64,000 nucleotides of DNA from an uncultured Blautia sp. (GTDB lineage: Bacteria; Bacillota; Clostridia; Lachnospirales; Lachnospiraceae). The DNA lies in NCBI GenBank assembly GCA_900551715.1, contig URXG01000005.1:127-64126 (forward strand). Reading direction: 5' to 3'. Below the pieces are notes generated by a model. The model saw only the letters and a list, made by a program, of their open reading frames with translations, had not been told where the DNA came from and made no database searches. Of this stretch, positions 30,010 through 41,600 are shown one piece after another. Positions within the stretch are counted from its first letter, which is position 1; every line of letters begins with the position of its first letter. The position numbers and the translations under genes are program-made.

Positions 30010-33000
30010 ATGGCAGTTACATGGACAGAAGAACAGAAAAAAGTAATTACATTACGGGACAGGAATATTCTGGTCAGCGCAGCCGCCGGTTCTGGTAAGA
30101 CTGCTGTTCTGGTACAGAGAATTTTGAGCAAGATCATGGATCCGGACAGACCTGTGGATATTGACAGACTGCTGATCATGACTTTTACCAGGGCTGCTGC
30201 CGGAGAAATGAAAGAAAGGATTTCAGCTGCCATAGAACAGGCACTATACGATGAACCGGACAATGAACATCTTCAGAGACAGATAACGCTGATCCACAAT
30301 GCACAGATCACTACCATTGACGGTTTCTGTGCCTGGATCATCCGAAATTATTTTCATATGATCGGTCTGGACCCGGGATACAGGATTGCAGAAGAAGGAG
30401 AACTGAAACTTCTGAAAGAAGATGTAACGAAGGATCTTCTGGAGGAGGCTTATTCTGAGGCAGATGAAAAATTTATAAGTCTCGTAGAGTGTTATGCCAC
30501 AGGCAAGAACGATGATAATATCCGGGATATGGTGCTGAAACTTTATGATTCTGCCATGAGCCAGCCTTTTCCGGAGGAATGGCTGGAAAAATGTATGGAA
30601 GTCTATCGCTGCGAGACACTGGAAGAACTGGAAAAAGAGGAGTGGATGACTCTTCTCTGGGATGCAGTAGAAGAAAAGATCCAGCAGGCAGAGATTCTGA
30701 TCCACAGGTCACTGGAAATCTGTGATTCTCCGGAGGGACCTTATCTTTACAGAGATGCCATGGAAAGTGATGCTCTTTTCTGCCAGGAAATCCGGAAAGC
30801 AGCAGAAGAACGGGATTATAATGGACTGAAAGCTGTGTTGGATGAACATAATTATACAAAACTGTCCTTAAAAAGGGATAAGAACATTGACGCTGCCAAA
30901 AAAGACATGGTAAAAGACCTGAGAGCAGAAGAGAAAGAAATATGGAGAGAGCTTTCAGAAAAATACCTGTCACAGACGGCAGAAGATATGCTGGTACTTC
31001 TTCACTGCTGTCGGAAACCTCTGGAAGGTCTGGTGGAGTTGACCACAAAATTTGCAGAAGCTTTCACTGCAAAAAAGAGAGAAAAGAATGTCCTGGATTT
31101 TGTGGATATGGAGCATCTGGCACTGGAGATCCTGGTGCAGAAAGAGGGAGATGTTCTGGAACCTACCCAGGCTGCCAGAGAACTGTCCCAGCGTTATGAG
31201 GAAGTTATGGTGGATGAATATCAGGACAGTAACAGTGTACAGGAACTTCTCACCACAATGGTGTCTGGCTGGGTAGACGGACGTAAGAATATTTTTATGG
31301 TAGGAGATGTGAAGCAGAGTATCTACCGGTTCCGTATGGCTATGCCGGAGCTTTTTATGGAAAAATATCACAGGTATTCTCTGGAGGATAGTAAAGAACA
31401 GAGAATTGACCTTCACAAAAATTTCCGTAGCCGTAAAGAAGTGTTAAGCAGTGTTAACTATATTTTCCGTCAGATTATGGGGGAAGATCTGGGAGGTATT
31501 ACATATGACGATGATAATGCTCTCTATTCAGGAGGCAGTTTCCCGGAAGGTGCCAGAGAAGAATTTCTGACACCGGAAGTCCTTCTTATAGAAAAAGACG
31601 GAAAAGAGCTGGAAGAAGAACAGGAGAACCGGACAGCGCAGGAACTGGAAGCGCTGGCTATTGCCCACAGGATCCGCCAGATGGTTGGGAAAGAGAAGAT
31701 TGTAGACAAAGAAACCGGGGAATACAGAGATGTTGCCTTCGGAGATATTGTGATTCTTCTCCGGACTGCCGCTGGCTGGTCAGAGTCATTCAGTGAGGTT
31801 CTTACAGAAGAAGGAATTCCTGTGTATACTGCTTCCAGAACCGGATATTTTTCCACACAGGAAGTAATGACATTATTGAATTATCTTCGGATCTGTGACA
31901 ATCCTCTTCAGGATATTCCAATGGTGGCAGTTCTCCATTCACCAATAGGCGGCTTTACTTCTCAGGAGCTGGCAGTGATCCGAAGTACTGTGCCAGGAGG
32001 TTATCTCTATGAAAGTCTTCTGGCTTATCTGAAAGAAGAGCAGCCGGTGATTCTTAATAAAGAAGATGAAAGAATTTATTTGAAAGAAAAGATAAAAAGT
32101 TTTCTTGCACAGATGGAACGATGCAGGGACCTGGCTCTTTTTACCCCGATCCATGAACTGATCTCTGTCATATTGAAAGAAAGCGGATATGGAAGTTACA
32201 TCCGGGCAGTACCAGGAGGTGCACAGAGAAATGCCAATCTGATGATGCTGGTGGAAAAAGCCATGGATTATGAAAAAACCAGTTACAGAGGTCTTTTTAA
32301 CTTTGTCCGTTATATAGAGAAATTACAGAAATATGAGGTGGATTTTGGTGAGGTGAATCTTGCAGATGCAGGAAGCGAGGCAGTACAGATCATGACCATC
32401 CATAAGAGTAAAGGTCTGGAATTTCCTGTAGTCTTTGTGGCAGGCATGGGAAAACAGTTTAATTTTCAGGATATCAATGCCAGATTTCTGGTACACCCTC
32501 AGCTGGGACTGGGAGCTGATGCTGTCCTTCCGGACAAAAGACTGATCATTTCTACCATGTACAAGCATCTGATTCGCCGGGAACTGAAGCGAGAATGTTT
32601 GGGCGAAGAACTGCGTGTGCTTTATGTGGCACTTACCAGAGCCAAGGAGAAACTGATCATCACAGGAACTATCGGAAAAATTGAGGAAACCTTGAACAGA
32701 CTGGTGGGAAGTTTTGGTGCAGAAGCAGAACTTCTTTCCATGGGGATCCGGGGCAACGGAAGATGCTTCTGGGATTATATTCTGCCTGCACTTGCCAGAC
32801 ATGAGGCTATGAGACCACTTTTTCTGGAATATGGGATTACGGAGAAGTCATATCCGGTGTGCCAGAAAGAACAGGCAGAGTTTGAAATCCGGAAAGTTAC
32901 TGCAGCAGATCTTATTGAAGAAGAGATCCTGAACCAGACTGAAGATCAGATTCAGGAAGAAATGCTGAAAAAATGGGACCCTTCTGTTGTTTATGATCAG

Positions 33001-33720
33001 CAGATACGGGAAGAACTGGAAAAAAGATTTTCTTTTGCATATCCATATACCTATCTGAAAGACCTTCCTGTGAAAGTAAGCGTATCAGAACTGAAAAAGC
33101 GAAGTTATGCAGAAGAACAGGAAAAAGAAGAAGCAGTGTTTTATGAAAAAGAAACAGAGACTCTGGTGCCCCGGTTTGTTTCCGGCAAGACAGAAGAATA
33201 CAAAGGTGCTGCCAGAGGTACTGCCTATCATCGTGTAATGGAATGTCTGGACTATACACAAATTGCCACAGAAACAGAACTGAGAGAGCAGATCAGCAAG
33301 CTGGTAAAAGAGAAAAAAATGTCTCAGGAGGAAGCCGACTGTATCAGAATAAGAGATCTCAAAAAGTTTACAGAATCTTCTCTTGGAAAAAGAATGAAAG
33401 AAGCATCACTGTCCCATAATCTGCACAGAGAACAGCCTTTTGTGATTTCCAGGGATATGAAGCAGATCGATACTTCCTGGAAAGGAACAGAAACTGTTCT
33501 GGTACAGGGAATCATAGATGCGTATTTTATTGAGAACAATGAGCTGGTGCTGGTAGATTACAAGACAGACAGAGTCTGCAGAGGGGAAGAACAGAAACTG
33601 AAAGAACTTTATCATAGCCAGCTGGAAGACTACAGTGCAGCACTGGAACGTATGCTGAACAGAAACGTAAAAGAAAAATATATTTATTCCTTTTCCCTGG
33701 GAAAGGCATTGCTTCTATAA
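30010..33720 (+). CDS. addA: Helicase-nuclease AddAB subunit A
   Basis: AAAGSGKT, DEYQD, TIHKSKGLE, YVALTRA, GIID...VDYKT. Confidence 0.96.
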   Translation: MAVTWTEEQKKVITLRDRNILVSAAAGSGKTAVLVQRILSKIMDPDRPVDIDRLLIMTFTRAAAGEMKERISAAIEQALYDEPDNEHLQRQITLIHNAQITTIDGFCAWIIRNYFHMIGLDPGYRIAEEGELKLLKEDVTKDLLEEAYSEADEKFISLVECYATGKNDDNIRDMVLKLYDSAMSQPFPEEWLEKCMEVYRCETLEELEKEEWMTLLWDAVEEKIQQAEILIHRSLEICDSPEGPYLYRDAMESDALFCQEIRKAAEERDYNGLKAVLDEHNYTKLSLKRDKNIDAAKKDMVKDLRAEEKEIWRELSEKYLSQTAEDMLVLLHCCRKPLEGLVELTTKFAEAFTAKKREKNVLDFVDMEHLALEILVQKEGDVLEPTQAARELSQRYEEVMVDEYQDSNSVQELLTTMVSGWVDGRKNIFMVGDVKQSIYRFRMAMPELFMEKYHRYSLEDSKEQRIDLHKNFRSRKEVLSSVNYIFRQIMGEDLGGITYDDDNALYSGGSFPEGAREEFLTPEVLLIEKDGKELEEEQENRTAQELEALAIAHRIRQMVGKEKIVDKETGEYRDVAFGDIVILLRTAAGWSESFSEVLTEEGIPVYTASRTGYFSTQEVMTLLNYLRICDNPLQDIPMVAVLHSPIGGFTSQELAVIRSTVPGGYLYESLLAYLKEEQPVILNKEDERIYLKEKIKSFLAQMERCRDLALFTPIHELISVILKESGYGSYIRAVPGGAQRNANLMMLVEKAMDYEKTSYRGLFNFVRYIEKLQKYEVDFGEVNLADAGSEAVQIMTIHKSKGLEFPVVFVAGMGKQFNFQDINARFLVHPQLGLGADAVLPDKRLIISTMYKHLIRRELKRECLGEELRVLYVALTRAKEKLIITGTIGKIEETLNRLVGSFGAEAELLSMGIRGNGRCFWDYILPALARHEAMRPLFLEYGITEKSYPVCQKEQAEFEIRKVTAADLIEEEILNQTEDQIQEEMLKKWDPSVVYDQQIREELEKRFSFAYPYTYLKDLPVKVSVSELKKRSYAEEQEKEEAVFYEKETETLVPRFVSGKTEEYKGAARGTAYHRVMECLDYTQIATETELREQISKLVKEKKMSQEEADCIRIRDLKKFTESSLGKRMKEASLSHNLHREQPFVISRDMKQIDTSWKGTETVLVQGIIDAYFIENNELVLVDYKTDRVCRGEEQKLKELYHSQLEDYSAALERMLNRNVKEKYIYSFSLGKALLL

Positions 33721-33777
33721 AATACTCAGACTGTATTTACAGATATTAACACGGATAAAAAGTCCCGCAGATGGAGA

Positions 33778-35187
33778 TCAGACTCTCCATCCTGCGGGAT
33801 ATTTGTTTTTCAGTGTCTGATTGACAAGTTTGCCAAAACCAATGGGATAACCTTCTGCGCAGAGAAGATGCCAGCCTTTTTGGTGAACTGCTTCCTCAGG
33901 CTCAATGTTCAGCGTCTCTCCTTTCAGATAGCGGGTGATCCGCTGGTCATCCAGAGAAAGAGAGATGGTTGCTTTTATATCACCTTTGTGGAGAGCCAGA
34001 GCCAGAGGCTGGGAAGGTTCAAAACGGTTTTTCTTAAGATCTCCCAGATACAGTCCGTTCCGGAGAAAATTCAGTCCCCGGAAAGAAGTATTTACAGGAG
34101 GAAGATAATAGACTTTATCTTTACGTGTTTCTACACGATTCCAGTTAAAAGGCTGTCCCCCAAGTGTGCGGAGACCAATTTCATCAAAGAAAAGTTCCAG
34201 CCATTTCCGGGTTTCTTTGTCTGGTTTTACAGATGTTTCAGGCAGTTCAGTATAAGAAGTACCTGCTTTTTGGAAAAGTGCCATAAAGTGTCCTTCCCCA
34301 TTCATTTTGTGTGGGAAGAGACGGACACATCTGGTAAGAACAGGAGCGTTATTGCCCCATGCAGGCACACCCTCGGAGAATCCTTCCTTATGGGGGAGTT
34401 CAACAAGTTCCATATCCGGGCGGTTTTCCAGAAGATAGGATACCGCACCTTCATCTTCTTCCGGTGCAAAGGTACAGGTGGAATACAGAAGCATACCACC
34501 GGGACGGAGCATGTCTGCCGCCTGAAGAAGAAGTTCTCTCTGAATCAGAGAAAGTTCATGGGATTTTTCCGGAGTCCAGTCTCTGGCAAGGGCTTCTTCT
34601 TTCCGGAACATACCTTCTCCGGAGCAGGGAGCATCCAGCAGGATTTTGTGGAAAAATTCCGGAAAAACATCTGTAAGATGCGCAGGTGTTTCATTGGTGA
34701 CAAATCCGTTGGTAATACCAAAAAGCTCCAGATTACGGAGAAGTGCTCTGGCTCTGGAAGCACTGATATCATTGGCTACCAGAAGTCCTGTGCCATGAAG
34801 GGCATCGCCAAGAGCAGTTGCCTTACCTCCGGGAGCAGCACAAAGATCCAGTACATAATCTCCCTCATCCACAGGAAGGACAGAAGCCGGAGTCATGGCA
34901 CTTGGCTCCTGGAGATAATAGAGACCACCCTGGTAGAAGGCACATCTGGAAGGACGTACTTCTTCCGGATAAAAATAACCGTTCGTGATCCAGGGAATAG
35001 GTGTTATCGGGAAAGGCACCATCTTTTCAAAAGTCTCCGGAGAGATTTTGGAGGTGTTGACACGAAGCCCGTAAGTACGGGGAAGTTCATAGCTTTTTAT
35101 AAAAGAATCATATTCTTCTCCAAGCATTTCCTGCATACGTTCAAGAAAGGCAGGGTGGAGAGAAACGATTACGTTGTTTTCAGACAT
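33778..35187 (-). CDS. RsmF/RsmB-NOP family rRNA m5C methyltransferase
   Basis: QEPSAM, DLCAAPGGK, DAPCSGEG, YSTCTF. Start MSENN after GGAGG. Confidence 0.92.
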   Translation of the reverse strand: MSENNVIVSLHPAFLERMQEMLGEEYDSFIKSYELPRTYGLRVNTSKISPETFEKMVPFPITPIPWITNGYFYPEEVRPSRCAFYQGGLYYLQEPSAMTPASVLPVDEGDYVLDLCAAPGGKATALGDALHGTGLLVANDISASRARALLRNLELFGITNGFVTNETPAHLTDVFPEFFHKILLDAPCSGEGMFRKEEALARDWTPEKSHELSLIQRELLLQAADMLRPGGMLLYSTCTFAPEEDEGAVSYLLENRPDMELVELPHKEGFSEGVPAWGNNAPVLTRCVRLFPHKMNGEGHFMALFQKAGTSYTELPETSVKPDKETRKWLELFFDEIGLRTLGGQPFNWNRVETRKDKVYYLPPVNTSFRGLNFLRNGLYLGDLKKNRFEPSQPLALALHKGDIKATISLSLDDQRITRYLKGETLNIEPEEAVHQKGWHLLCAEGYPIGFGKLVNQTLKNKYPAGWRV

Positions 35188-35275
35188 AGGGGATTCCTCC
35201 TTATTGATCAGGGGGCAAAATCCCCCACAGCATTCTACATGAGTATAATTCATGAAAGAAGATTCGTGAATACTA

Positions 35276-35333
35276 TTGACAAAAATATATTATATGATAT
35301 ATAGTATTGTAAAAGAAATAATATTATATGATA
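35276..35333 (+). promoter_or_regulatory. Promoter of the PadR operon with duplicated candidate operator
   Basis: TTGACA at 35276. ATATTATATGATA is repeated at 35287-35299 and 35321-35333. Confidence 0.45.
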
Positions 35334-35421
35334 CGAGGGTAGGATTGTGAAAGTGCAAAGCACGAAACAATCCGTAGGTATCATAAAAAAATAAAAAGAA
35401 AATAAAGAGGGAAGTGAGGGT

Positions 35422-35745
35422 ATGGTTTTTAACACAGGTGCAGCACTTCTGGATGCCATTGTTCTGGCCGTTGTGTCCAAAGAACAGGAGGGCACCTATG
35501 GCTACAAGATTACACAGGATGTCCGCAGTGTTCTGGATGTGTCAGAATCTACGTTGTATCCGGTACTCCGGAGGCTGCAGAAGGATGAATGCCTGGAGAC
35601 TTATGACATGGCATATGCAGGAAGAAACCGGAGATACTACAAGATCACAGACAAAGGCAGTGCCCAGTTGAATCTGTATAAAGTAGAATGGAAAAATTAT
35701 TCATCCAAAATTTCCGGATTATTTGAGGGGGGAATTGAATTATGA
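35422..35745 (+). CDS. PadR-family regulator
   Basis: YGYKI...SESTLYPVLRRL...GRNRRYYKIT. Confidence 0.93.
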   Translation: MVFNTGAALLDAIVLAVVSKEQEGTYGYKITQDVRSVLDVSESTLYPVLRRLQKDECLETYDMAYAGRNRRYYKITDKGSAQLNLYKVEWKNYSSKISGLFEGGIEL

Positions 35746-36422
35746 ACAGAGCGCAGTTTATGAAGCAACTGGAGAAACTGCTTTCTGATATTTCAGAAGA
35801 AGAAAGAAAAGAAGCTCTGGATTATTACGAAAGTTATTTTGACGATGCGGGACCGGAGAGAGAAGCAGAGGTACTCCGGGAGCTGGGAAGCCCGGGTAAG
35901 GTAGCTGCCATTATCAAGGCAGACCTTGGGGAAAACAGAGAAAACGAAGGAGAATACACAGAAAGAGGCTACCGGGACAGCAGGACAGAAGATAAAGTCC
36001 ATCTTCCGGAAAGAAAAGAAGGATATCACGCAGATAACAGAAGAAGCAAAGCCAGTGTGATCCTTGCCCTGATTCTTCTGGTATTTCTTACTCCGCTGAT
36101 TAAGGGAACTCTGGGTGGTGTACTGGGATTTATAGTGGCACTGATTCTTCTGCCTTTCCTGGTGGTATTTGGAATCGGAGCTGTGGTAGTGGCGTTGTTC
36201 GTAGCTGCTGTAGCTGTGACCGTAATAGGGATCGGAGCCTGCTTCTCCAGCATTTCACTTGGACTTCTTGGAACAGGGGTAGGTCTGATGCTTCTGGCAA
36301 TTGCTGTAGTGGCACTTGTTTTTCTGGTTTGGCTGGCAAGCCGTATACTGCCAGAGATTCTTCGTAAATTTACAGATTTTTGTAACCGGATGTTGAACCG
36401 GAGAAGGAAAGGAAGTGACTGA
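35742..36422 (+). CDS. DUF1700/HAAS-domain membrane protein
   Basis: N-terminal FMKQLEKLL...YYESYFDDAG...LGSP followed by TM helices. Confidence 0.85.
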   Translation: MNRAQFMKQLEKLLSDISEEERKEALDYYESYFDDAGPEREAEVLRELGSPGKVAAIIKADLGENRENEGEYTERGYRDSRTEDKVHLPERKEGYHADNRRSKASVILALILLVFLTPLIKGTLGGVLGFIVALILLPFLVVFGIGAVVVALFVAAVAVTVIGIGACFSSISLGLLGTGVGLMLLAIAVVALVFLVWLASRILPEILRKFTDFCNRMLNRRRKGSD

Positions 36423-36424
36423 TC

Positions 36425-37288
36425 ATGAGAAAATTTTCTAAAGTGGCACTGATCTTTGCAGCAGTGGTGGGCGTGGCAGGTACAGGCATGACCATAGGCG
36501 GTGCAGCCATGGGAGCAACTATTGCAGGACTGAACATTGGAAAATATGGTCTGGGAAAGACTGTAAATAAAGCAATGATTTCTACAGAGAGTGATAAAAA
36601 CTGGGATATGGACTGGGATGAGATTAATGCAGTGGAACCGGAATGGGATGGCAACACAGAGGTTTATCTTATCAGCAGAGTATCTTCTCTGGATATCTCC
36701 CTCAGTGCGGATCAACTTACCCTTGAAGAATATGATGGAGACGGTCTGAGAGTAGAAGTTTCCGGAAATAAGAAAAATCAGGTACGCGTAGGGGAAGATG
36801 AGGATACACTGGTAATAGAAACCATCGGACAGAAAAATGACCGGCACATCCAGATCCAGTATCCGAAGGGGACAAAGTTTGAAGATACTTCCATAGATGT
36901 TGCAGCCGGTACAGTGGAAATGCAAAGTAATTTCCAGACAGAAGACCTGGATATTGAAGTTGCTGCCGGAGAGGTTACCAACAGCGGTCAGATCATTGCA
37001 GAAAGTGCAGATATCTCCGTAGGTACCGGTAATGTGGAAATGCAGAATCTGAAAGTAACAGATCTGGAAGGTGACTGTGGTGTTGGAAATATAAGTCTTG
37101 GCATAGTCGGCAGTGAAAAGGATTATAATTATGAAATTTCCTGTGGAGCAGGTTGCGTACAGATTGGAGACAATTCCTATGAAGGTCTGGGGCATGATGA
37201 GAGTGTTTCCAATGCAGGAGCCACAGGAGATATGGATCTGAACTGCGGTATTGGAAATTTTGAAATAAGTTTCAGTAAAGAATCATAA
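36425..37288 (+). CDS. DUF4097 family beta-strand repeat protein
   Basis: N-terminal anchor and repeated IxVxAG / CGxG beta-helix units. Confidence 0.82.
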   Translation: MRKFSKVALIFAAVVGVAGTGMTIGGAAMGATIAGLNIGKYGLGKTVNKAMISTESDKNWDMDWDEINAVEPEWDGNTEVYLISRVSSLDISLSADQLTLEEYDGDGLRVEVSGNKKNQVRVGEDEDTLVIETIGQKNDRHIQIQYPKGTKFEDTSIDVAAGTVEMQSNFQTEDLDIEVAAGEVTNSGQIIAESADISVGTGNVEMQNLKVTDLEGDCGVGNISLGIVGSEKDYNYEISCGAGCVQIGDNSYEGLGHDESVSNAGATGDMDLNCGIGNFEISFSKES

Positions 37289-37323
37289 TAAGATTAATAT
37301 AAAATAAGAAAGAAGGAAGTTTT

Positions 37324-37512
37324 ATGAGTAACAAACGTCTTTACAAATCATCTGTAAACTGTATGCTCTGTGGTGTATGTGGCGGCATTGCAGAATATTT
37401 TGATATTGATCCTACACTGGTACGTCTCGCATGGGTGATCCTTACCTGTTTTGGTGGTGCGGGAATCTGGGCGTATATCATAGCTGCCATTATCATCCCC
37501 AAAGACTGCTGA
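37324..37512 (+). CDS. pspC: PspC-domain protein
   Basis: KRLYKS...GVCGGIAEYFDIDPTLVRL. Confidence 0.92.
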   Translation: MSNKRLYKSSVNCMLCGVCGGIAEYFDIDPTLVRLAWVILTCFGGAGIWAYIIAAIIIPKDC

Positions 37513-37515
37513 TCT

Positions 37516-37544
37516 GAATAAATTTCTCTGGAAAGGTCAATACT
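37516..37544 (+). promoter_or_regulatory. Forespore (sigF/sigG-type) promoter
   Basis: GAATA-N14-GGTCAATACT upstream of the SASP-like gene. Confidence 0.45.
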
Positions 37545-37567
37545 CCTTATGAATACAGAAAAGGAGT

Positions 37568-37765
37568 GTGGACAGTTTGAAACGAGAAAAAGAGATAGAA
37601 GCCTTTCTGAAGGGAGAACTTCCATCAGAGGAGAAGCTGAAATACGAGATTGCCAGAGAACTGGGAGTCCTGGATCAGGTGATCGAAAGAGGCTGGAAAA
37701 GTCTTTCCGCAAAAGAAACCGGACGGATTGGTGGTCTGATGACAAAAAGAAGAAAAAACCAGTAA
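37568..37765 (+). CDS. Small acid-soluble spore protein, alpha/beta-type-like
   Basis: KLKYEIARELG...LSAKETGRIGG. GTG start after AAGGA. Confidence 0.8.
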   Translation: MDSLKREKEIEAFLKGELPSEEKLKYEIARELGVLDQVIERGWKSLSAKETGRIGGLMTKRRKNQ

Positions 37766-37794
37766 AAATTTCAAAAAAATTATAGAAATTTAAT

Positions 37795-37836
37795 AAAAAA
37801 GCATCATCAGGAACAGTGACCGGTGGTGCTTTTTTT
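37795..37836. terminator. Intrinsic terminator
   Basis: AAAAAAGCATCA...TGGTGCTTTTTTT. Confidence 0.65.
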
Positions 37837-37931
37837 GTTATAATGAATGAAGTGGAATTGCGAAAGTTACATAGTAATGGTGCAATTTATTGGAACAGCA
37901 GGTATCATAGATCGCCAATCAGGAGAACATT

Positions 37932-38636
37932 ATGGACGCATATGTAAAATTAGATAAAGTATCCAAGATATATGGAACCGGAGAAGTAGAGATCCGGGCA
38001 GCTGATGAGATCAGTTTTGAGATCACCAGAGGAGAATTTGTGGTGATCGTAGGCCAAAGCGGTGCAGGTAAGACCACTGTGCTGAATATTCTGGGAGGAA
38101 TGGACACTGCCACTTCCGGACATGTATGGGTAGATGGCAGAGATATTGCAGGTTATACAGGCAGACAACTGACAGCCTACCGGAGAGAAGATATCGGATT
38201 TGTATTCCAGTTTTATAATCTGGTGCCCAATCTTACTGCCCTTGAGAATGTAGAACTGGCACTGCAGATCTGTAAAGAACCGCTGGATGCCAGAACTGTT
38301 CTTCAGGAAGTAGGACTGAAAGACCGTCTTGGTAATTTCCCGGCACAGCTTTCCGGTGGAGAACAGCAGAGAGTTTCCATAGCCAGAGCACTGGCAAAGA
38401 ATCCAAAACTTCTTCTCTGTGATGAGCCAACAGGTGCACTGGATTATCAGACAGGTAAGGCAATTCTGAAACTTCTCCAGGATATGTGCAGGGAGCGTGG
38501 AATGACAGTAATTGTTATTACACATAACTCAGCCCTTACACCTATGGCAGACCGGGTGATCCGTATCAAAAACGGCAAAGTTGCAGCTATGGAGCTGAAT
38601 GAGACTCCAACGCCTGTGGAGGAGATTGAATGGTAG
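37932..38636 (+). CDS. ABC ATP-binding protein (LolD/MacB-like)
   Basis: [26 protein letters not shown]. Confidence 0.93.
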   Translation: MDAYVKLDKVSKIYGTGEVEIRAADEISFEITRGEFVVIVGQSGAGKTTVLNILGGMDTATSGHVWVDGRDIAGYTGRQLTAYRREDIGFVFQFYNLVPNLTALENVELALQICKEPLDARTVLQEVGLKDRLGNFPAQLSGGEQQRVSIARALAKNPKLLLCDEPTGALDYQTGKAILKLLQDMCRERGMTVIVITHNSALTPMADRVIRIKNGKVAAMELNETPTPVEEIEW

Positions 38637-41600
38637 GAAAAAGAAAAAAAGCTTTACACAAAGATTTCTGGATGGAGATCCGCAAAAATAAAGCACGTTT
38701 TATTTCCATTTTCTGTATTGTTGCGCTGGGTGTGGCCTTTTTTTCCGGAATACAGGCAGCTTCCCCGGATATGAGATATTCAGGAGATGCCTATTATAAT
38801 GAATCCGGACTGATGGATCTGAAAGTAGTCAGCACTATGGGACTTACCGAGTCAGACCTTGATGCACTGGCTTCTTTGAAAGGGGTGGAGACAGCAGAAG
38901 GTGCCTATTCTACAGATGTGCTTTGTGGAGAGGACAGTGCTCAGAGGGTCCTTCATGTGGAATCTGTAAATCAGAATGTGAATCAGCTGACTGTTACAGA
39001 GGGAAAAATCCCGGAAAAATCCGGAGAGTGCTTTCTGGATAAAACTTTTGCCGGTAATCAGGAATATAAGATCGGAGATAAAATCCATTTTAAAAATGGG
39101 GGCGACAATGAACTTCTGAAAACGACAGAATACACAGTTGTGGGAATTGGCAGCAGTCCTCTTTATATTTCTTTTAATAGGGGGAATACCACTCTTGGTT
39201 CTGGTGAGGTAAGCGGATTTGCCTATGTATGTGCCGAAGATTTTGATTCCGAAGTTTTTACTCAGGTTTATCTGAAAGCACATGAAGTTGAAAAAGTCAC
39301 CAGTTATACAGATGCTTATGACAATCTCATCGAAGCACTTCAGAAAAGAGTAGAGGGGATTGAGGCAGCACAATGCCAGATCCGTTATGAAAATGTAGTT
39401 TCAGAGGCACAGAATAAAATATCCGATGCAGAAAAAGAACTGGAAGACGGCCGCAAAGATGCGGAACAGGAACTTGCTGATGCCAGAAAGAAACTGAAAG
39501 ACGGTGAGAAAGAACTTGCCGATGGCAGGAAAGAATACGAAGATGGTAAGAAACAGCTGGAAGATGCCAAGAAGGAACTTGCTGATGGCAAAAAGCAGCT
39601 TGCTGATGCCAGAAAGCAGATCACCGATGGAAAAGCACAGCTTGCTGATGCCAGAGAACAGCTGAAAGAAGGTCAGCAGAAGTTGGAACCTGCAAAAACA
39701 AAACTGGAGAATGGCTGGAAAAAATATAATGATGGCAGGAAGCAATATGAACAGGGTCTGAAAAAGCTGGAAAAAAGCAGAAGCCAGCTGGAAAGTGGAA
39801 AGGCAAAGATAAAAGCAGCCAAAGCCACATTGGATGCGAAACAGAAAGAACTGGATACCAGTCTGAAACAGGCTCAGGAAGGTCAGAAAGCTCTGGAGAC
39901 GCAGATTCCCCAGCTGGAAAGCCAGATTGCTCAACTGGAAATGGGAATCCAGCAGGTTTCTGAGGCTGCAGCCATGCTGGATGGTGTGGGACAGCAGCTG
40001 GAAGCTGCAAAAAATGCGGCAGCAGAAAAGCAGAACTTTGTAAAAGAAGCTCAGAGTGCTTATGAAGCCGCAAAGAGCCAGGCAGAGGCAGGTGAGATCA
40101 CAGAAGATCAGCTGAACAGTTACAAACAGGCGCTGGATAGTGCACAGGGAGAGCTGGAACAGGCGAATGCCACTGTGAGCAGTCTGCAGGCAAGTTACGA
40201 CGCATGTAAACAGGCTGCAGATCAGAAGGCTTCTTTGGAAAGTAATCTTTCCGCAGCCCAGGCAGGTCTCACTCAGGCAAAGTCCAAACAGACAGAGCTT
40301 GCATCAGCGCTTGCCCAGCTTGCTGAAGGACAGAAAAGTATTGATTCCGGCAGAAAAGAGCTTGAAAAACAGGAGGCAGCACTGGATCCGGCAGAACAGA
40401 AGCTTGCAGCCGGTGAAAAAACATTAAAAAAAAGTAAGAAAAAGCTGGATGCCAGTCTGAAAAAATTAAAGGCAGGTCAGAAAGAACTGGATGCAGGTCA
40501 GGCCAAACTGGATACAGCCAGTCAGCAGATCTCTGCAAATGAAGTCAAACTTCAAAAAGGTGAGGAAGAGATCGTAGCCAATGAGAAGAAACTTGCCAAT
40601 GGCGAGAAAGAAATCCAGGAAAACGAAACAAAATTAAAAGACGCAGAAAAACAGCTCTCCGATGCAGAAAAAGAACTGGAAGATGGGCGCAAAGATTACA
40701 AAAAAGGAGAAAAAGAAGCTCAGGATAAGATTCAGGAGGGAGAAGATAAGATCGCCGATGCAAAAAAAGAACTTCAGGATTTGGAACAGCCGGAGTGGCT
40801 CATCACAGATAGAAACGATCTTCCGGAGTATTCCGATTATGGAGACAATGCAGACCGAATCAAAAGCATTGGAGAAGTTTTCCCTGTAATCTTTTTCCTG
40901 GTGGCAGCTCTGATCAGTCTCACCACCATGACACGTATGGTAGAGGAACAGAGAACTCAGATCGGTACCATGAAGGCTCTGGGCTATGGCAGGCTCTCAA
41001 TTGCCTCCAAGTATTTAAGCTATGCTTTTCTGGCTACAGCAGGAGGCAGTGTGACAGGTGTGCTGATCGGTGAAAAAATACTTCCTTATATTATCATCAA
41101 GGCTTATGGAATGATGTACCACAATGTAAGCAATAGCCTTCAGATCCACTATGAACTGAAATATGCGCTGATCGCTTCGGTGGCAGCAGTGATCTGTACA
41201 GTAGGAGCTACGGTATTTTCGTGCTGGCAGGCTCTTCGGGAGACACCGGCATCTCTGATGCGTCCGCCAGCTCCAAAAGAAGGAAAGCGCATCTTTCTGG
41301 AGCACATTCCTTTTTTATGGAAACAGCTGAACTTTACCTGGAAATCTTCTCTTCGGAATCTTTTCCGGTACAAGAAACGTCTGTTTATGACGATTTTCGG
41401 TATTGCAGGAAGTATGGCACTGATGCTGGTTGGTTTTGGTATCCGGGATTCTATTTCGGACATAGTAGTGCTTCAGTACAAAGATCTTCAGCATTATGAC
41501 GGTATTATTATTTCAGATGATGATGCCACTGCTCAGGAAAGAACAGAACTTCAGGATTATCTGAAAGATAATCAGAAACTGGATCATTATACCAATATAC

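Noticed and set aside
28782..30263. 493-aa minus-strand ORF
   Set aside because: Antisense shadow of addB/addA, explained by codon bias
33868..35304. 478-aa + strand ORF
   Set aside because: Antisense shadow of the rsmF-like gene, with no motifs or RBS
36026..37195. 389-aa minus-strand ORF and similar antisense ORFs over clpB, valS, nadE and sigF
   Set aside because: They lie opposite well-supported genes and have no recognisable features
37549..37785. 78-aa ORF overlapping the SASP-like gene
   Set aside because: The alternative frame at 37568 carries the SASP motifs and the RBS
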